DNA of 64,000 bases from Nitrososphaerota archaeon (GTDB lineage Archaea > Thermoproteota > Nitrososphaeria > PSMU01), in contig PSMU01000002.1 of NCBI GenBank assembly GCA_040290255.1, positions 94,045 through 158,044 on the forward strand, written 5' to 3'. Positions 9,184 to 19,009 of this stretch are shown piece by piece. The notes under the pieces were generated by a model. It did not search any database and was not told where the DNA came from. It saw only the letters and a list, made by a program, of their open reading frames with translations. Positions within the stretch are counted from its first letter, which is position 1, and each line of letters opens with the position of its first letter. Made by a program: the position numbers and the translations under genes.

Positions 9184-10434
9184 TTATGCCTCCCTCCATC
9201 TTATTGAAGCCGAGCCGGCCAAGAGCAGCGCGGCGGCCAGGGCCGCCATGATGAGGGCAGCCGGAAGGGCATCGGCGACATCTCCCAGCACGAGGGCCGC
9301 CCTAAGCCCGGTGTGCAGGTAGTAGAGCGGGAGGAACTTGGCCAGGGCCTGCAGCCAGGCGGGCATGATCTCGAGGGGCCAGAAGGCGCCGGAGAGGAAC
9401 ATCATGGGGAATGCTATCGCGTTGGCCGCGCCCACGGCGCCCTCCACATCCCTGATGAGGCCCGCAAGCAGGACCCCCAATCCGCAGAAGGCCAGAGAGC
9501 CAAGGGCCACGAGCAGGAGCCCCACCGGCTCCGCGACCTGCCTGGTGCCGAAGAGCGCCCATGCCATGAGGCTCAGCACGACGAATAGGAGATAAGAGAT
9601 GGATGCCTGGCTGAGGGCGTTGGCCAGGACCCAGGTCGATTTAGAAAGCGGCGTGGCGCTGAGCCTCTTCAGCACGCCTCTCCTCCTGTGCTCAGACACA
9701 TAGGAGGCGACGCCTATTACGCCGTTTGACATGATGAAGGCCGCTACCACGCCCGGTAGATAATAGTCCATGGGCCGGAGGGTCTTCGCGCCCACCTGCT
9801 CGTAGGTGAGGCCTATTGTCACGTTCTCGCCCAACAGGGCCTCCGCGAACCTGGATGAGGCGACCTCAAGGATCCCGCCGATTGTAGGCGCGAGCGGGTC
9901 GCCGGGCAGCGTCAGCAGCCTCAGTTCCGGCCGCAAAGGGGGCAGGGCCTCCGCCAGGCCCTTCAGCTGCGCCAGGAACTGCTCGACCTGCTGGCGCTGC
10001 GGCTGGGTGAGGTTCTGCTGCCGCAGTGTGCTGTTCAGCGCGTCCATGATTATCCTCAGCCTCACCAGCGCGCTGTAGTTCATTGCCCGCTGCTGAAAAC
10101 CGGGCGGGATGATGAGCACCCTGGGGTTTGAGAAGGAGGCGGCCGCCGACCTAAGGAAGGCCTCCGCATCCTGGTCGCCGGCCAGGGGCCTTACGCTGAG
10201 CAGGCTGCCGTTTATCGCCTTTATGAAGGCGCTTGAGAGCTGTGTGGGCCTGCCATCCTTGCCCAGGTCCAAGTTTTGCACGTACAGGCCATATTGCGAG
10301 GAGCCAGGGCTGCCGAAGACCGCACCGAAGATGAGCAGCAGCAGTATGGGAAAGATGAGGCCGAAGAAGAGCCCCGACCTGCTCCTGAGGAAGTTCCTGG
10401 TCAGGGCCATGGTCAGCGTAAGCAGGGCGCTCAT
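9184..10434 (-). CDS. ABC-2 family transporter permease with large extracytoplasmic domain
   Basis: 416 aa. N-terminal TM helix, a roughly 200-aa soluble loop, then 5 C-terminal TM helices. Overlaps the downstream ATPase start by 4 nt (ATGA). Confidence 0.7.
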   Translation of the reverse strand: MSALLTLTMALTRNFLRSRSGLFFGLIFPILLLLIFGAVFGSPGSSQYGLYVQNLDLGKDGRPTQLSSAFIKAINGSLLSVRPLAGDQDAEAFLRSAAASFSNPRVLIIPPGFQQRAMNYSALVRLRIIMDALNSTLRQQNLTQPQRQQVEQFLAQLKGLAEALPPLRPELRLLTLPGDPLAPTIGGILEVASSRFAEALLGENVTIGLTYEQVGAKTLRPMDYYLPGVVAAFIMSNGVIGVASYVSEHRRRGVLKRLSATPLSKSTWVLANALSQASISYLLFVVLSLMAWALFGTRQVAEPVGLLLVALGSLAFCGLGVLLAGLIRDVEGAVGAANAIAFPMMFLSGAFWPLEIMPAWLQALAKFLPLYYLHTGLRAALVLGDVADALPAALIMAALAAALLLAGSASIRWREA

Positions 10435-11363
10435 GCCAGCTCCCCCGCCTCCGTGAGCCTATGGCCCACGATTCGCAGAAATGCCTCCTCCAGGCTGCCC
10501 TGGGTGACCTCGGCCGTGCCCCTGAAGCCCAGCTCCTGCAGCAGGGCGAGCGCGGCCGCGGCGCGTTGCAGCGTGAGGCCCGATAGGAGGAGGCTGCCAT
10601 CCTCCAGCCTTATGGGCCTGGAGCCCAGGCCCTCGAGGGCCGCCTCCTGCTCGGGGCTCAGGCCCCTAATCACGAGCCTGGAGCCCAGGCCCTGAGCGGC
10701 TATGAGCTCCTCCACCTTGCCCAGCGCGGCGATCCTCCCCCTATTCATGATGCAGACCCTGTCGCTGAGCCTCTCGGCCTCCTCGATGTAGTGAGTTGTA
10801 AGGAAGACCGTCTTGCCCTTGCCCCTGAGCTCCCCCACGAGCCTCCAGACCTCCCTCCTCGCATATGGGTCGAGGCCCGACGTCGGCTCATCAAGGAATA
10901 CCAGCTCCGGCTCGCCCACGAGCGCCATCGCGATGCCCAGCCTCCTCTTTAGCCCGCCGGAGAGCTTGTCGTACAGCGTATTCCTGAACTCCCAGAGCCC
11001 CCAGTTCTCGAGCAGGGGCCTCAGGTCTTGAGATGCGCCGTAAGCGGCGGCGATGAGCTTCAGGTTCTCCAGCACCGTGAGCCTCTCGAAGGCCTCGAAG
11101 GCCTGCGGCAGGACCCCGATTCGGCGCTTGAGGGCCTTGAGCTGGCCCGGATCCCTTACATCATGCCCAAGGACGTAGGCCTCCCCGGATGTCGGCGGCC
11201 TCAGGCCCTCTAGGATCTCGACCGTGGTCGTCTTGCCGGCGCCATTGGGGCCCAGCAGCGAGAAGACCTCGCCCTCAAAGACCTTGAGGCTGATGCAATC
11301 CACGGCCATGAGCTGGCCATAGCGCTTCGTGAGCCGCTCGACCTCTATGACCGCCCGCCTCAA
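10431..11363 (-). CDS. ABC transporter ATP-binding protein
   Basis: Walker A LLGPNGAGKTT, signature LSGGLKRRLGIAMAL, and Walker B LVFLDEPTSGLD. The C-terminal extension has an internal GLGSR repeat. Confidence 0.85.
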   Translation of the reverse strand: MRRAVIEVERLTKRYGQLMAVDCISLKVFEGEVFSLLGPNGAGKTTTVEILEGLRPPTSGEAYVLGHDVRDPGQLKALKRRIGVLPQAFEAFERLTVLENLKLIAAAYGASQDLRPLLENWGLWEFRNTLYDKLSGGLKRRLGIAMALVGEPELVFLDEPTSGLDPYARREVWRLVGELRGKGKTVFLTTHYIEEAERLSDRVCIMNRGRIAALGKVEELIAAQGLGSRLVIRGLSPEQEAALEGLGSRPIRLEDGSLLLSGLTLQRAAAALALLQELGFRGTAEVTQGSLEEAFLRIVGHRLTEAGELA

Positions 11364-11434
11364 CGCGCCCGGCGTAGCAGGGCAGTTAAAAAGAGTTCAG
11401 GCAACGCAATTAAGGGCTCGGCAGAGGAAGGGCC

Positions 11435-11998
11435 ATGGCCCAAGAGCTAAGGGCCAGGCTGGGCGACTTGGAGGTCATAGTGCTCAAGGGCGATATAACG
11501 AAGATACGTGCAGATGCCATAGTCAACCCCGCGAATAGCCTGATGATGATGGGAGGAGGCGTCGCGGGCGCGATAAAGAGAGAGGGTGGAGGCGAGATAG
11601 AGCGGGAGGCCCTAAGCAAGGCCCCGGTGCCGGTGGGCAGGGCCATCATCACCGGCGCGGGCAGGCTAAGCGCGAAGTTCGTGGTGCACGCCCCGACCAT
11701 GGAGAGGCCCGCGATGCGCACATCGGCCGAGAAGGTCTATCTCGCCACCAGGGCCGCGCTGCTGAGCGCCGCGGAGGCGGGGGCGGAGAGCGTGGCCCTT
11801 CCGGGCATGGGCACGGGCGTGGGAGGCCTGGACTATGCCTTGGCGGCGCGGGCCATGCTTAGGGCCCTCGGCGAGCTGCGCCGGCTTGGCCCCGTCAAGA
11901 GGGTCTATCTGGTGGCCCTGGAGGACGAGCTCTTCGAGGCCTTTGCATCACAACTGCGACGAGCGCTGAAGGAACGGGAGGGCTCTCGCGCTGAGTAG
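11435..11998 (+). CDS. Macro-domain protein (ADP-ribose binding/processing, AF1521-like)
   Basis: 187 aa. DAIVNPANSLMMMGGGVAGAI and a downstream GxG motif characteristic of macro domains. TATA-like gttaaaaag lies about 40 nt upstream. Confidence 0.8.
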   Translation: MAQELRARLGDLEVIVLKGDITKIRADAIVNPANSLMMMGGGVAGAIKREGGGEIEREALSKAPVPVGRAIITGAGRLSAKFVVHAPTMERPAMRTSAEKVYLATRAALLSAAEAGAESVALPGMGTGVGGLDYALAARAMLRALGELRRLGPVKRVYLVALEDELFEAFASQLRRALKEREGSRAE

Positions 11999-12002
11999 CG
12001 TA

Positions 12003-12700
12003 TCAGAGGACGCCCCTGCTCTCCAGGAGTCGCCTGAGGGGGGCCTTTAGCGAGGCCAGCGAGAACAGCGCCGCCGCCAGCGTCTCCCCAGGCCTTAGGG
12101 TGTAGGCCATGTAAACGCCCGTCCTGCCCTTCTCCCTTCTCCTTGAGAGCACCCTGACCCTCTCCTTCACGGTCTCCTGAGATATGCCCAGGAGCCTGGC
12201 CACGGGGCCCTCTCGGCCCACCACCTCAAGCTCCCTATGTCCCTCCTCCACGGGATAAACCAGCATGAGCCGCTTGTTGACGCCCGGCACCCTATCCCCC
12301 GCCTCAAGCCCGCGAAGTGAGAGGAGGCCGCCGAACCTGTAGAACTCCTCCTCCCTGGGACTAAGGGGCGCCAGGGGGAAGGATAGGCAGTAGAGCTCCT
12401 CAGCATCGAAGTAGATGTAGGCCTTGGGGGCATGAGAGGGCGTGGCCTGCACGATGGCCACGCGATGGGGCTCCGCGAATTCCCTGCCCACCTGCTCCAG
12501 CAGGGCATGATTATAATCCGGCACGAAGACGTCGACGTCGCTTCTCTCCGCGATATCGCCCCGCGCCACGGAGCCATACAGGAAGCCGGCGATGCCATGC
12601 CGCTCCAGGTGGCGAAGCAGCGCCAGGGCCAGGGCCCTCTTCTGCTGCAGGAGCCTCCAGCGCGAGCTATCGTAAACGACGAGCCTGCCCTCCTCCACGA
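12003..12700 (-). CDS. Pol-beta-superfamily nucleotidyltransferase domain protein with C-terminal HTH-like segment
   Basis: An NTase motif LYGSVARGDIAERSDVDVFV. The C-terminal ARLLGISQETVKERVRVLSRR looks like a helix-turn-helix. The ORF-track start at 12791 overlaps ipk by 90 nt, so a later start is assumed. The exact start is uncertain. Confidence 0.55.
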
Positions 12701-13498
12701 TCAGGCCCAAGCGACCACCGTGCCGAGCCCCCTCTCGCCCAAAATGGCCCTCCTGAGCAGGCCCGGCCTGCGCGCATTGATGACCTCGCACTCTATGCCC
12801 AGGTCCCTGGAGAGCTGGAGCAGCGTGTTCAGCTTCTCCCTCATGCCTCCCGTCACGTCTATGGCCCTGGTCGGCAGTTCGGGCACGGCCTTCAGCAGGT
12901 CCTGGGTGACCCTCTCAAGCCTTTGCGCATGCCTTGAACGCTTAGGGTCCTGGGCATAAACGCCGTCCACATCGGTGCCCACGATCACCCTTTCGGGCCT
13001 CAGCTGGAGGGCGAGGTGGTGAAAGAGCCTCTCGGTGGAGAAGATGCTGTAGCCCCTCTCGAGGTCGAGCAGCACATCGCCATGTATGACGGGCACGAGG
13101 CCCTGCTCAAGGGCCCTTCTCATGGGCTGTAGCTCCCAGAGGAGAATCCTTCCGGCATGAGCGAGCGCGCTCGAGAGCGGCGAGAAGCCCACGGCCGGCA
13201 CCCCTGCGCCCAGCAGGGCCTCCACGACCAGGCCGTTGAGCTGGGCAGCGGCCGAATGCACCCTCATGGCTGCTCTGTGCAGCTCGGGACCCTCGGGAGG
13301 CTTGGGCGAAAGAAGGGGCCTGGCGAAGTAGTGGGCGAAGGAGCCGCCTCCGTTCCCCAGGAGGAGCCGCGCACCGCCACGCCTTAGCGCCTCGGCGATC
13401 TCCAGGCCCAGCCTCCTCAGCACCTGGGGCCTGGCCCTTAGCGGCGTCGTCTTGTCCGTGATGACGCTGCCGCCCAGCTTGATGAAGAGGAGGCGCAT
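12701..13498 (-). CDS. ipk: Isopentenyl phosphate kinase (amino-acid-kinase family)
   Basis: 265 aa. N-terminal LFIKLGGSVITDK and a later glycine-rich GNGGGSFAH, typical of archaeal IPK of the alternative mevalonate pathway. Confidence 0.8.
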   Translation of the reverse strand: MRLLFIKLGGSVITDKTTPLRARPQVLRRLGLEIAEALRRGGARLLLGNGGGSFAHYFARPLLSPKPPEGPELHRAAMRVHSAAAQLNGLVVEALLGAGVPAVGFSPLSSALAHAGRILLWELQPMRRALEQGLVPVIHGDVLLDLERGYSIFSTERLFHHLALQLRPERVIVGTDVDGVYAQDPKRSRHAQRLERVTQDLLKAVPELPTRAIDVTGGMREKLNTLLQLSRDLGIECEVINARRPGLLRRAILGERGLGTVVAWA

Positions 13499-13499
13499 A

Positions 13500-15179
13500 T
13501 TACCGCCTCACACACCTTATGCCGGCCAGCGCTTCCCCCAGCGATGCATTCACGGCCAGGATAAGGAAGAGCGAGGGCAGCCCCAACGTCAGCGCCTCCA
13601 GCACCCTCGCCAAGTTGGCCACTACGAGCCTCCTCCTGGAGGGCCTCGCCCCGCCCTTGGCCACCACGCGTAGGCCCAACAGGAACTTGCCCGCCGTGCT
13701 ACCGCTCAGGACCTCCGCCAGCAGGCCATAGGCTATCCAGATGGCCGCGAAGAGCGCGAGGGCCAAAGGGGCTAGCAGCAATGTGAAAGAGACGAGCCCG
13801 TCCAAGGCGGAGGCGTAACCCGATAGTCCGAAGAGCGAGGAGAGCGTTATAGAAGCGGCGATTATGTAAAGGTCCCCTGCAAGAAGTAGGTCCACCAGCG
13901 AGGCCATCAGCCTCCTGGGCCTACCAGCTCTCTTTGCACCTCCCCAGGCCAGCAGGCCAGCGAGCAGCAGATATGGGGCTCCGGTGGCCTCGGAGCCCGG
14001 CCTCCCCAACTCGAACAGCAGCTGGAGCTCCTTTAGGGGGTTGGGCAGGCGAAGCCTGAGCGGAGAAGGCAGCGAGCAGGGGGGCGGAACGTCGCCCCTC
14101 CCCATACCATCTGAGCAGTCGCCCAGGCCCGTGCCGTCGCTCCAGTAGTCCAGGCCGTTGGCCGCGAAGCGATTGGCCAGGAATACGTTTCCCGTGGGCG
14201 GATAGAAGAAGAACCACTCCGCAATGGCCCACTTCTCATGGCCGACGAGCGTGTTATTCCTTATCACGTTTCCAAAGGCACCAACCAGCATGATGCCCGT
14301 GCCTATGGGCACGCCGTAGGTCTCCGAGATGCCCACCCCTTTTACCGTGCGGTTGTTGTTATAGGCGATGTAGTTCCCCTCGATCGTATGGTTGTAGGCA
14401 TATAGCGGCAGGCGCCAGCGGCCCAGCAGCAGCGAAGCTATATCGGGCAGCAGCGTGTTCGGCCCGATGCCCACCGAATTATTGACGAAGGTGGAGTAGC
14501 GTATGATGACCCCGCCGGCCCTGGTGCCGCTGTACCCCAGCGTATTCCCCGAGGCCAGGGAGCGTTCTATCACGCAGTTGCAGTTCGAGACCTCGCCTAT
14601 ATAAAAGCCGGAATCGCCGCTGCCGCGCGCTATATCGTTGGCCATGCGCCCCTCCCTGCTGGCTATCGCGTAGAGCCCATAGATCCTGTTGTTCAGCGAG
14701 GTTATGTTGCTCATCTCCCACCGGTCCGAGCGCACGATCATGACGCCCGTCCCCGCGTAGTTGCGCACCGTCAGGTTGCCTATGGTGATGCCGTAGGCAT
14801 TGACGGCCGTGATGCCGTTGGCGAGCTGCCCCCCTCCATCGAGGATGACGCTCTCCCTATCCTCTCCCAAGATGGTCAGCCAGGGCTTATCGATGAAGAC
14901 CGATTCGCGGTACACCCCCTGCGCGATGAGGATCCTATCGCCCGGCCTCGCATCCTTCACGGCCGCACTGATGTTGTAATAGGGGCCAGCCTTTGAAACA
15001 AAGAGTGTGCGCCCCTCGGGGGGCTTTGGCACGGGCTGGGGCTCCGCTTCCACCTCGGCCGGCGCCGAGGCGGAAAAGATGTGCTGCGCGATAAGAGCGT
15101 AGGGCAGCAGGATGAGGAGGAGGATCGCCGCCCTGGCCACGGCCCCGCCCGCCACGACTTCACCTCTAAGGTTACACAT
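13500..15179 (-). CDS. Secreted right-handed parallel beta-helix (NosD/PbH1-like) protein fused to C-terminal RDD-family membrane domain
   Basis: A signal-peptide-like N-terminus with an AXA cleavage-type site (...IAQHIFSASA). Repeated GxxhhhxxsxxhxhxxN beta-helix rungs (NLTVRNYAGTGVMIV, NCVIERSLASGNTLG, NVIRNNTLVGHE). The C-terminus RRLMASLVDLLLAGD...GKFLLGLRVV...RRRL matches the RDD motif (Arg/Asp/Asp plus TM helices). The likely true start is an internal GTG near 15140-15155. Confidence 0.6.
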   Translation of the reverse strand: MCNLRGEVVAGGAVARAAILLLILLPYALIAQHIFSASAPAEVEAEPQPVPKPPEGRTLFVSKAGPYYNISAAVKDARPGDRILIAQGVYRESVFIDKPWLTILGEDRESVILDGGGQLANGITAVNAYGITIGNLTVRNYAGTGVMIVRSDRWEMSNITSLNNRIYGLYAIASREGRMANDIARGSGDSGFYIGEVSNCNCVIERSLASGNTLGYSGTRAGGVIIRYSTFVNNSVGIGPNTLLPDIASLLLGRWRLPLYAYNHTIEGNYIAYNNNRTVKGVGISETYGVPIGTGIMLVGAFGNVIRNNTLVGHEKWAIAEWFFFYPPTGNVFLANRFAANGLDYWSDGTGLGDCSDGMGRGDVPPPCSLPSPLRLRLPNPLKELQLLFELGRPGSEATGAPYLLLAGLLAWGGAKRAGRPRRLMASLVDLLLAGDLYIIAASITLSSLFGLSGYASALDGLVSFTLLLAPLALALFAAIWIAYGLLAEVLSGSTAGKFLLGLRVVAKGGARPSRRRLVVANLARVLEALTLGLPSLFLILAVNASLGEALAGIRCVRR

Positions 15180-15233
15180 AAGAGGTTTGCGAGGCCAGGC
15201 AAAGCTATAAGGCGCCCTTCTCCTCTCGAAGCG

Positions 15234-16355
15234 ATGCTCCCTCAGCGCGGCGAGGGGGGCAAGGTCATCCTCTGCGTGGACATGGATTACTTCTACGCTC
15301 AGTGTGAGCAGCTGAGGAATCCGGCGCTGGCCTCCGTGCCCGTCGTCATCTGCGTTTTCTCCTCCCGGGGGAAGGATAGCGGCGCCGTGGCCACGGCGAA
15401 CTATGTCGCCAGAAGGTACGGAGTAAAGTCCGGCATGCCCATCGCTAGGGCGAAAAGCCTGCTCAAGGGGGTGTCCGAGGCCGTCTTCTTGCCGGCGGCC
15501 TTCGATTACTACGAGCTCATCTCCGCGAGGGTCATGGAGCTGCTGCGCGCGGAGGCCGATGCCTTCGAGCAGGTCAGCGTGGATGAGGCCTTCTTGGACG
15601 TGACGCGCAGGGCCGAGGGCAGCCTCGAGAGGGGGCTGGCGCAGGCGGCGAGCCTGAAGAGCGCGCTGCGCTCCAACCTGGGCCTCACCTGCACGGTGGG
15701 TGTAGGCCCCACCAAGCTCCTCTCGAAGATGGCGGCCAACCTGGCAAAGCCCGATGGCCTGCTAAAGCTCGCCTACGATGATGTGCCGCAGAAGCTCTGG
15801 CCGCTGCCCGTGGAGGCGCTCTATGGAATAGGCAAGAAGACCGCAGCGAGGCTGAGGGAGCTGGGGCTGGGCACCATAGGCGACCTCGCGAGGGCGGACG
15901 TGAACCTCTTGAAGGAGGCCTTCGGCAAAGCCCTGGGCACCTACCTTTACCTGGCCGCCAACGGCACGTATGAAGAGCCTCTGCGCACGGTGCCCAAGGT
16001 AGAGTCCATCAGCCGTATCACCACGCTGAGGGAGGATGCGACCTCCGCGGGCCAGGTGGAGCAGGAGCTCGAGCAGCTCTGCAGGCAGGTGCATGAGAGG
16101 GTCGTCAGGGAGGGCTGGACCTTCAGGACGGTCGGCCTCATCTTCGTGATGGAGGACCTATCGATAAGGACCAGGAGCAGGAGCCTGGAAACGAGCACCG
16201 ACAGCCTTGAGGTCCTGCTGCAGGAGGCCAGGCAGCTCTGCGGGGAGTTCTTCAACGAAGCCAGGATGCCCGTCAGGAGGTTGGGCGTTAAGGTGGCCTC
16301 GCTCTCCAAGGCGGAGGGCCAGGCTCGGCTAACTCAGTTCATGAGCGGGAATTAG
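15234..16355 (+). CDS. dpo4: Y-family DNA polymerase IV (Dpo4/Dbh)
   Basis: VILCVDMDYFYAQCEQLRNP (catalytic DxD region), SVDEAFLDVT, and little-finger-domain length. The ORF-track start at 15081 overlaps the upstream gene, so ATG 15234 was chosen, with TATA-like gctataagg about 25 nt upstream. Confidence 0.85.
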   Translation: MLPQRGEGGKVILCVDMDYFYAQCEQLRNPALASVPVVICVFSSRGKDSGAVATANYVARRYGVKSGMPIARAKSLLKGVSEAVFLPAAFDYYELISARVMELLRAEADAFEQVSVDEAFLDVTRRAEGSLERGLAQAASLKSALRSNLGLTCTVGVGPTKLLSKMAANLAKPDGLLKLAYDDVPQKLWPLPVEALYGIGKKTAARLRELGLGTIGDLARADVNLLKEAFGKALGTYLYLAANGTYEEPLRTVPKVESISRITTLREDATSAGQVEQELEQLCRQVHERVVREGWTFRTVGLIFVMEDLSIRTRSRSLETSTDSLEVLLQEARQLCGEFFNEARMPVRRLGVKVASLSKAEGQARLTQFMSGN

Positions 16356-16361
16356 AGCAGG

Positions 16362-16377
16362 CAAAATTTTTTATATC
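16362..16377 (+). promoter_or_regulatory. Putative TATA box upstream of mntH
   Basis: aaattttttatatcc in the 94-nt spacer. It is about 75 nt from the ATG, implying a leader of about 45 nt. Confidence 0.3.
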
Positions 16378-16449
16378 CATCTAAACAAGTTAGTTGAGGC
16401 TAATAACTGAGGCCTTCAACAATGAGCGAAGAGGCGGAGGTCATGGGCC

Positions 16450-17724
16450 ATGCCCCCTAGCAGCGTGAGGGCCACTTGGGCAAGGCTTCTCAGCCGGCGA
16501 GGCTACTGGAGCTTCTTTGGGCCGGCCGTGGTGACCAGCGTAGCATACATTGACCCGGGCAACTTTGGGACCGATATAGCCGCGGGCGCGGGCTTCGGGT
16601 ATGCGCTGCTCTGGAGCGTGGTGCTCGCGAACCTAATGGCCATGCTCTTCCAGTACCTCTCGGGCAAGGTGGGCTTAGCGACCGGAAGGTCGCTGGCCTC
16701 GCTCGTGCGTGAGAGGCTGGGCGGAAGGCATAGGATCGTGGCCTACTGGCTTGCCTCCGAGAGCTTCGCGCTGGCCACGGACCTCGCCGAGTTCCTGGGC
16801 GTGGCCCTAGCGATTCACCTGCTGCTGGGCCTCCCTCTGCTCTACGCGGCGTGGATCGCGGCCTTCGACGTGCTCCTCCTCTTCGCCCTGGCGGGGCCCA
16901 GACTCGCCCGGCTCCGCCTGCTGATCTCTTTGCTGGTGGCAGGCGTGGGCCTGGGCTATGTCTACGAGCTGGCCATCACCAGGCCCTCCTGGCCCCAGGC
17001 GCTCGAGCATATACTGATCCCCAGGCTAGGAGGGTATGACACGACGCTGCTCGTGGTGGGCATCATAGGGGCCACGGTGATGCCCCATGCCCTGGTCGTC
17101 CACTCCTGGCTCACGGCCAAGAAGGCGAGCGAGGGCACAGGCAGGCCTCAGCTCTTAAAGTATCACCTGTGGGATACCGTGGCGAACTTTGGCGTGGCGG
17201 GCCTCATCAATATGGCCATACTCATGATGGCCGCCGCGGCATTTTACTTTAACGGCCTCGATGTGGCTACGATGGAGGAGGCCTACCGCACGCTCTCTCC
17301 GCTGTTCGGCCCGGCCGCGGCCGTCGTCTTTGCGCTCACCCTTCTCTTCTCGGGCCTTTCATCCTCCACGGTCGGCGTCCTCGCCGGCCAGGCGCTCCTG
17401 GAGGACCTCTTGGGCTCTAGGTTGAACGTCTGGCTGCGCCGCATCATAATAAGGGTCGTCAACGTCGTGCCCACGAGCCTGGCCATCATGGCGGGCGTGA
17501 AGCCTCTCATGGTGCTCGTGTACAGCCAGGTGGTGCTGAGCCTGCTCATACCCCTGCCCCTCGTGCCGCTGCTGCTCTTTACCTCCGATAGAAGGCTCAT
17601 GGGCGAGCATGTGAACTCGCGCATCACCAGCGCCCTGGCGCTCTTAAGCGCGCTGGTCGTGCTGTTCCTCAACGCGTATCTGCTCTTGCTCATCGCCCAG
17701 GGAAAGGCCCTGGCCGCGGGCTAG
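16450..17724 (+). CDS. mntH: NRAMP-family divalent metal (Mn2+/Fe2+) transporter
   Basis: 424 aa, about 11 TM helices, and the NRAMP signature AYIDPGNFGTDIAAGA. Confidence 0.85.
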   Translation: MPPSSVRATWARLLSRRGYWSFFGPAVVTSVAYIDPGNFGTDIAAGAGFGYALLWSVVLANLMAMLFQYLSGKVGLATGRSLASLVRERLGGRHRIVAYWLASESFALATDLAEFLGVALAIHLLLGLPLLYAAWIAAFDVLLLFALAGPRLARLRLLISLLVAGVGLGYVYELAITRPSWPQALEHILIPRLGGYDTTLLVVGIIGATVMPHALVVHSWLTAKKASEGTGRPQLLKYHLWDTVANFGVAGLINMAILMMAAAAFYFNGLDVATMEEAYRTLSPLFGPAAAVVFALTLLFSGLSSSTVGVLAGQALLEDLLGSRLNVWLRRIIIRVVNVVPTSLAIMAGVKPLMVLVYSQVVLSLLIPLPLVPLLLFTSDRRLMGEHVNSRITSALALLSALVVLFLNAYLLLLIAQGKALAAG

Positions 17725-17758
17725 CAAGGGTTAATAGAGGGCTGACCTCGGGCGCGAT

Positions 17759-19009
17759 ATGAGCTCCGCCGAGATAGTTGCCAGGACGCTCAGGCGCGTG
17801 CCCGATACGACCTTCGCCTACCCCCTGGTGATCAGGGGGGGCAAGGGCTGCTTCCTGGAGGACGTAGAGGGCCGCAGATATCTTGACTTTACGTCCAACG
17901 TGGCCACGTGCCCCATAGGGTATGGCCATCCAGAGGTGGCCGAGGTGATAAGAAGGTATGCCTCTCTGGGGGCCCATAAGGTAGCCGGCCAGGACTTCTA
18001 CACCGAGGAGCAGGTGCTGCTGGCCGATAAGCTGCTCTCCATCTCGCCGCCCAACCTGTCCAAGGCCTTCTTCGTGAACAGCGGGGCCGAGGCCAATGAA
18101 AATGCCATGAAGCTGGCCTATAGGCTCAGGAGCCTTAGCATGGGCATCGATCCCAACGAGCTGGCCGGCGTATCCTGCCACGGCGCCTTTCATGGTAGGA
18201 CGCTGGGAGCCCTCACCTTTACGTTCAGCAAGCCGGTCCAGAAGAAGGGCTATCCCGAGTTGAGGGCGAAGCGCATTCACTTTTGCACCGAGGATGATGA
18301 CGAGAGGATCACCGAGATCTCCTCTCTTTTGGAGCGCGAGGCAGACAGGATAGCCTTTGTGATCCTGGAGCTCGTCCAGGGGGAGGGAGGATACAACTTC
18401 GCCTCCAAGAGGTTCGTGAAGGAGGTCAGGAGCAGCACGCAGCGCTACGGCGTGCCGCTGATCATCGATGAGGTGCAGACGGGCCTGGGCCGCACGGGGC
18501 GCTGGTGGGCCCTAGAGCATTACGGCATCACGGCGGAGCTCGTGACCGTGGCGAAGGGCCTGCAGGTGGGCGCGGCGCTCTTTGAGGAGCGCTTTGACCC
18601 GAAGGAGAGGGGCGCCATCTCCAGCACCTGGGGCGGCGGCGACCGCATAGATATGATGGTGGGCCTTAAGACCATAGAGATAATAGAGAGGGAGCGCCTG
18701 CTGGAGAACGCGCGGAAGGTAGGGCAGTACATCCTGAGGAGGTTAGAGGAGATGGCGCGGGCCCATGAGGGGCTCGTGAGGAAGCCTAGGGGGCTGGGCC
18801 TGATGGTAGCCTTCGACCTGCCCGATGAGAAGATGAGGGATAGGCTCGAAATGGAGGCCTTCAGGGACGGGCTGCTGCTCCTGGGCTGTGGGGAGAGCAC
18901 GATACGAATAATTCCGCCGCTGATCATCAGCGAGGAGGAGGCGGAGATGGGCCTGACGATAATTGAGCGGGAGCTCAGGAAGCTGGCGCCGGAGCTTAAG
19001 GCGGCCTAG
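17759..19009 (+). CDS. Class-III aminotransferase (second copy)
   Basis: 416 aa. GAFHGRTLGAL, IIDEVQTGLGRTGRWWALEHYG, and TVAKGL with a PLP lysine. Confidence 0.85.
   Translation: MSSAEIVARTLRRVPDTTFAYPLVIRGGKGCFLEDVEGRRYLDFTSNVATCPIGYGHPEVAEVIRRYASLGAHKVAGQDFYTEEQVLLADKLLSISPPNLSKAFFVNSGAEANENAMKLAYRLRSLSMGIDPNELAGVSCHGAFHGRTLGALTFTFSKPVQKKGYPELRAKRIHFCTEDDDERITEISSLLEREADRIAFVILELVQGEGGYNFASKRFVKEVRSSTQRYGVPLIIDEVQTGLGRTGRWWALEHYGITAELVTVAKGLQVGAALFEERFDPKERGAISSTWGGGDRIDMMVGLKTIEIIERERLLENARKVGQYILRRLEEMARAHEGLVRKPRGLGLMVAFDLPDEKMRDRLEMEAFRDGLLLLGCGESTIRIIPPLIISEEEAEMGLTIIERELRKLAPELKAA

Noticed and set aside
9302-9595. Several 85-91-aa ORFs on both strands inside the ABC-2 permease gene
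   Set aside because: They overlap the permease CDS and lack motifs, so they are artifacts of GC-rich sequence.
10600-10700. Direct repeat cctggagcccaggccct (10618 and 10677), checked as a possible CRISPR or repeat element
   Set aside because: It lies inside the ABC ATPase coding sequence and encodes an internal GLGSR peptide repeat. There are only two copies and no spacer-array structure.
15081-15233. N-terminal extensions in ORF-track calls (Dpo4 from 15081, CN-hydrolase from 32624, OsmC from 42497, membrane protein from 42108)
   Set aside because: The extensions overlap neighbouring genes and are low-complexity. Internal ATG/GTG starts give family-typical N-termini and leave promoter-sized spacers with TATA-like elements.
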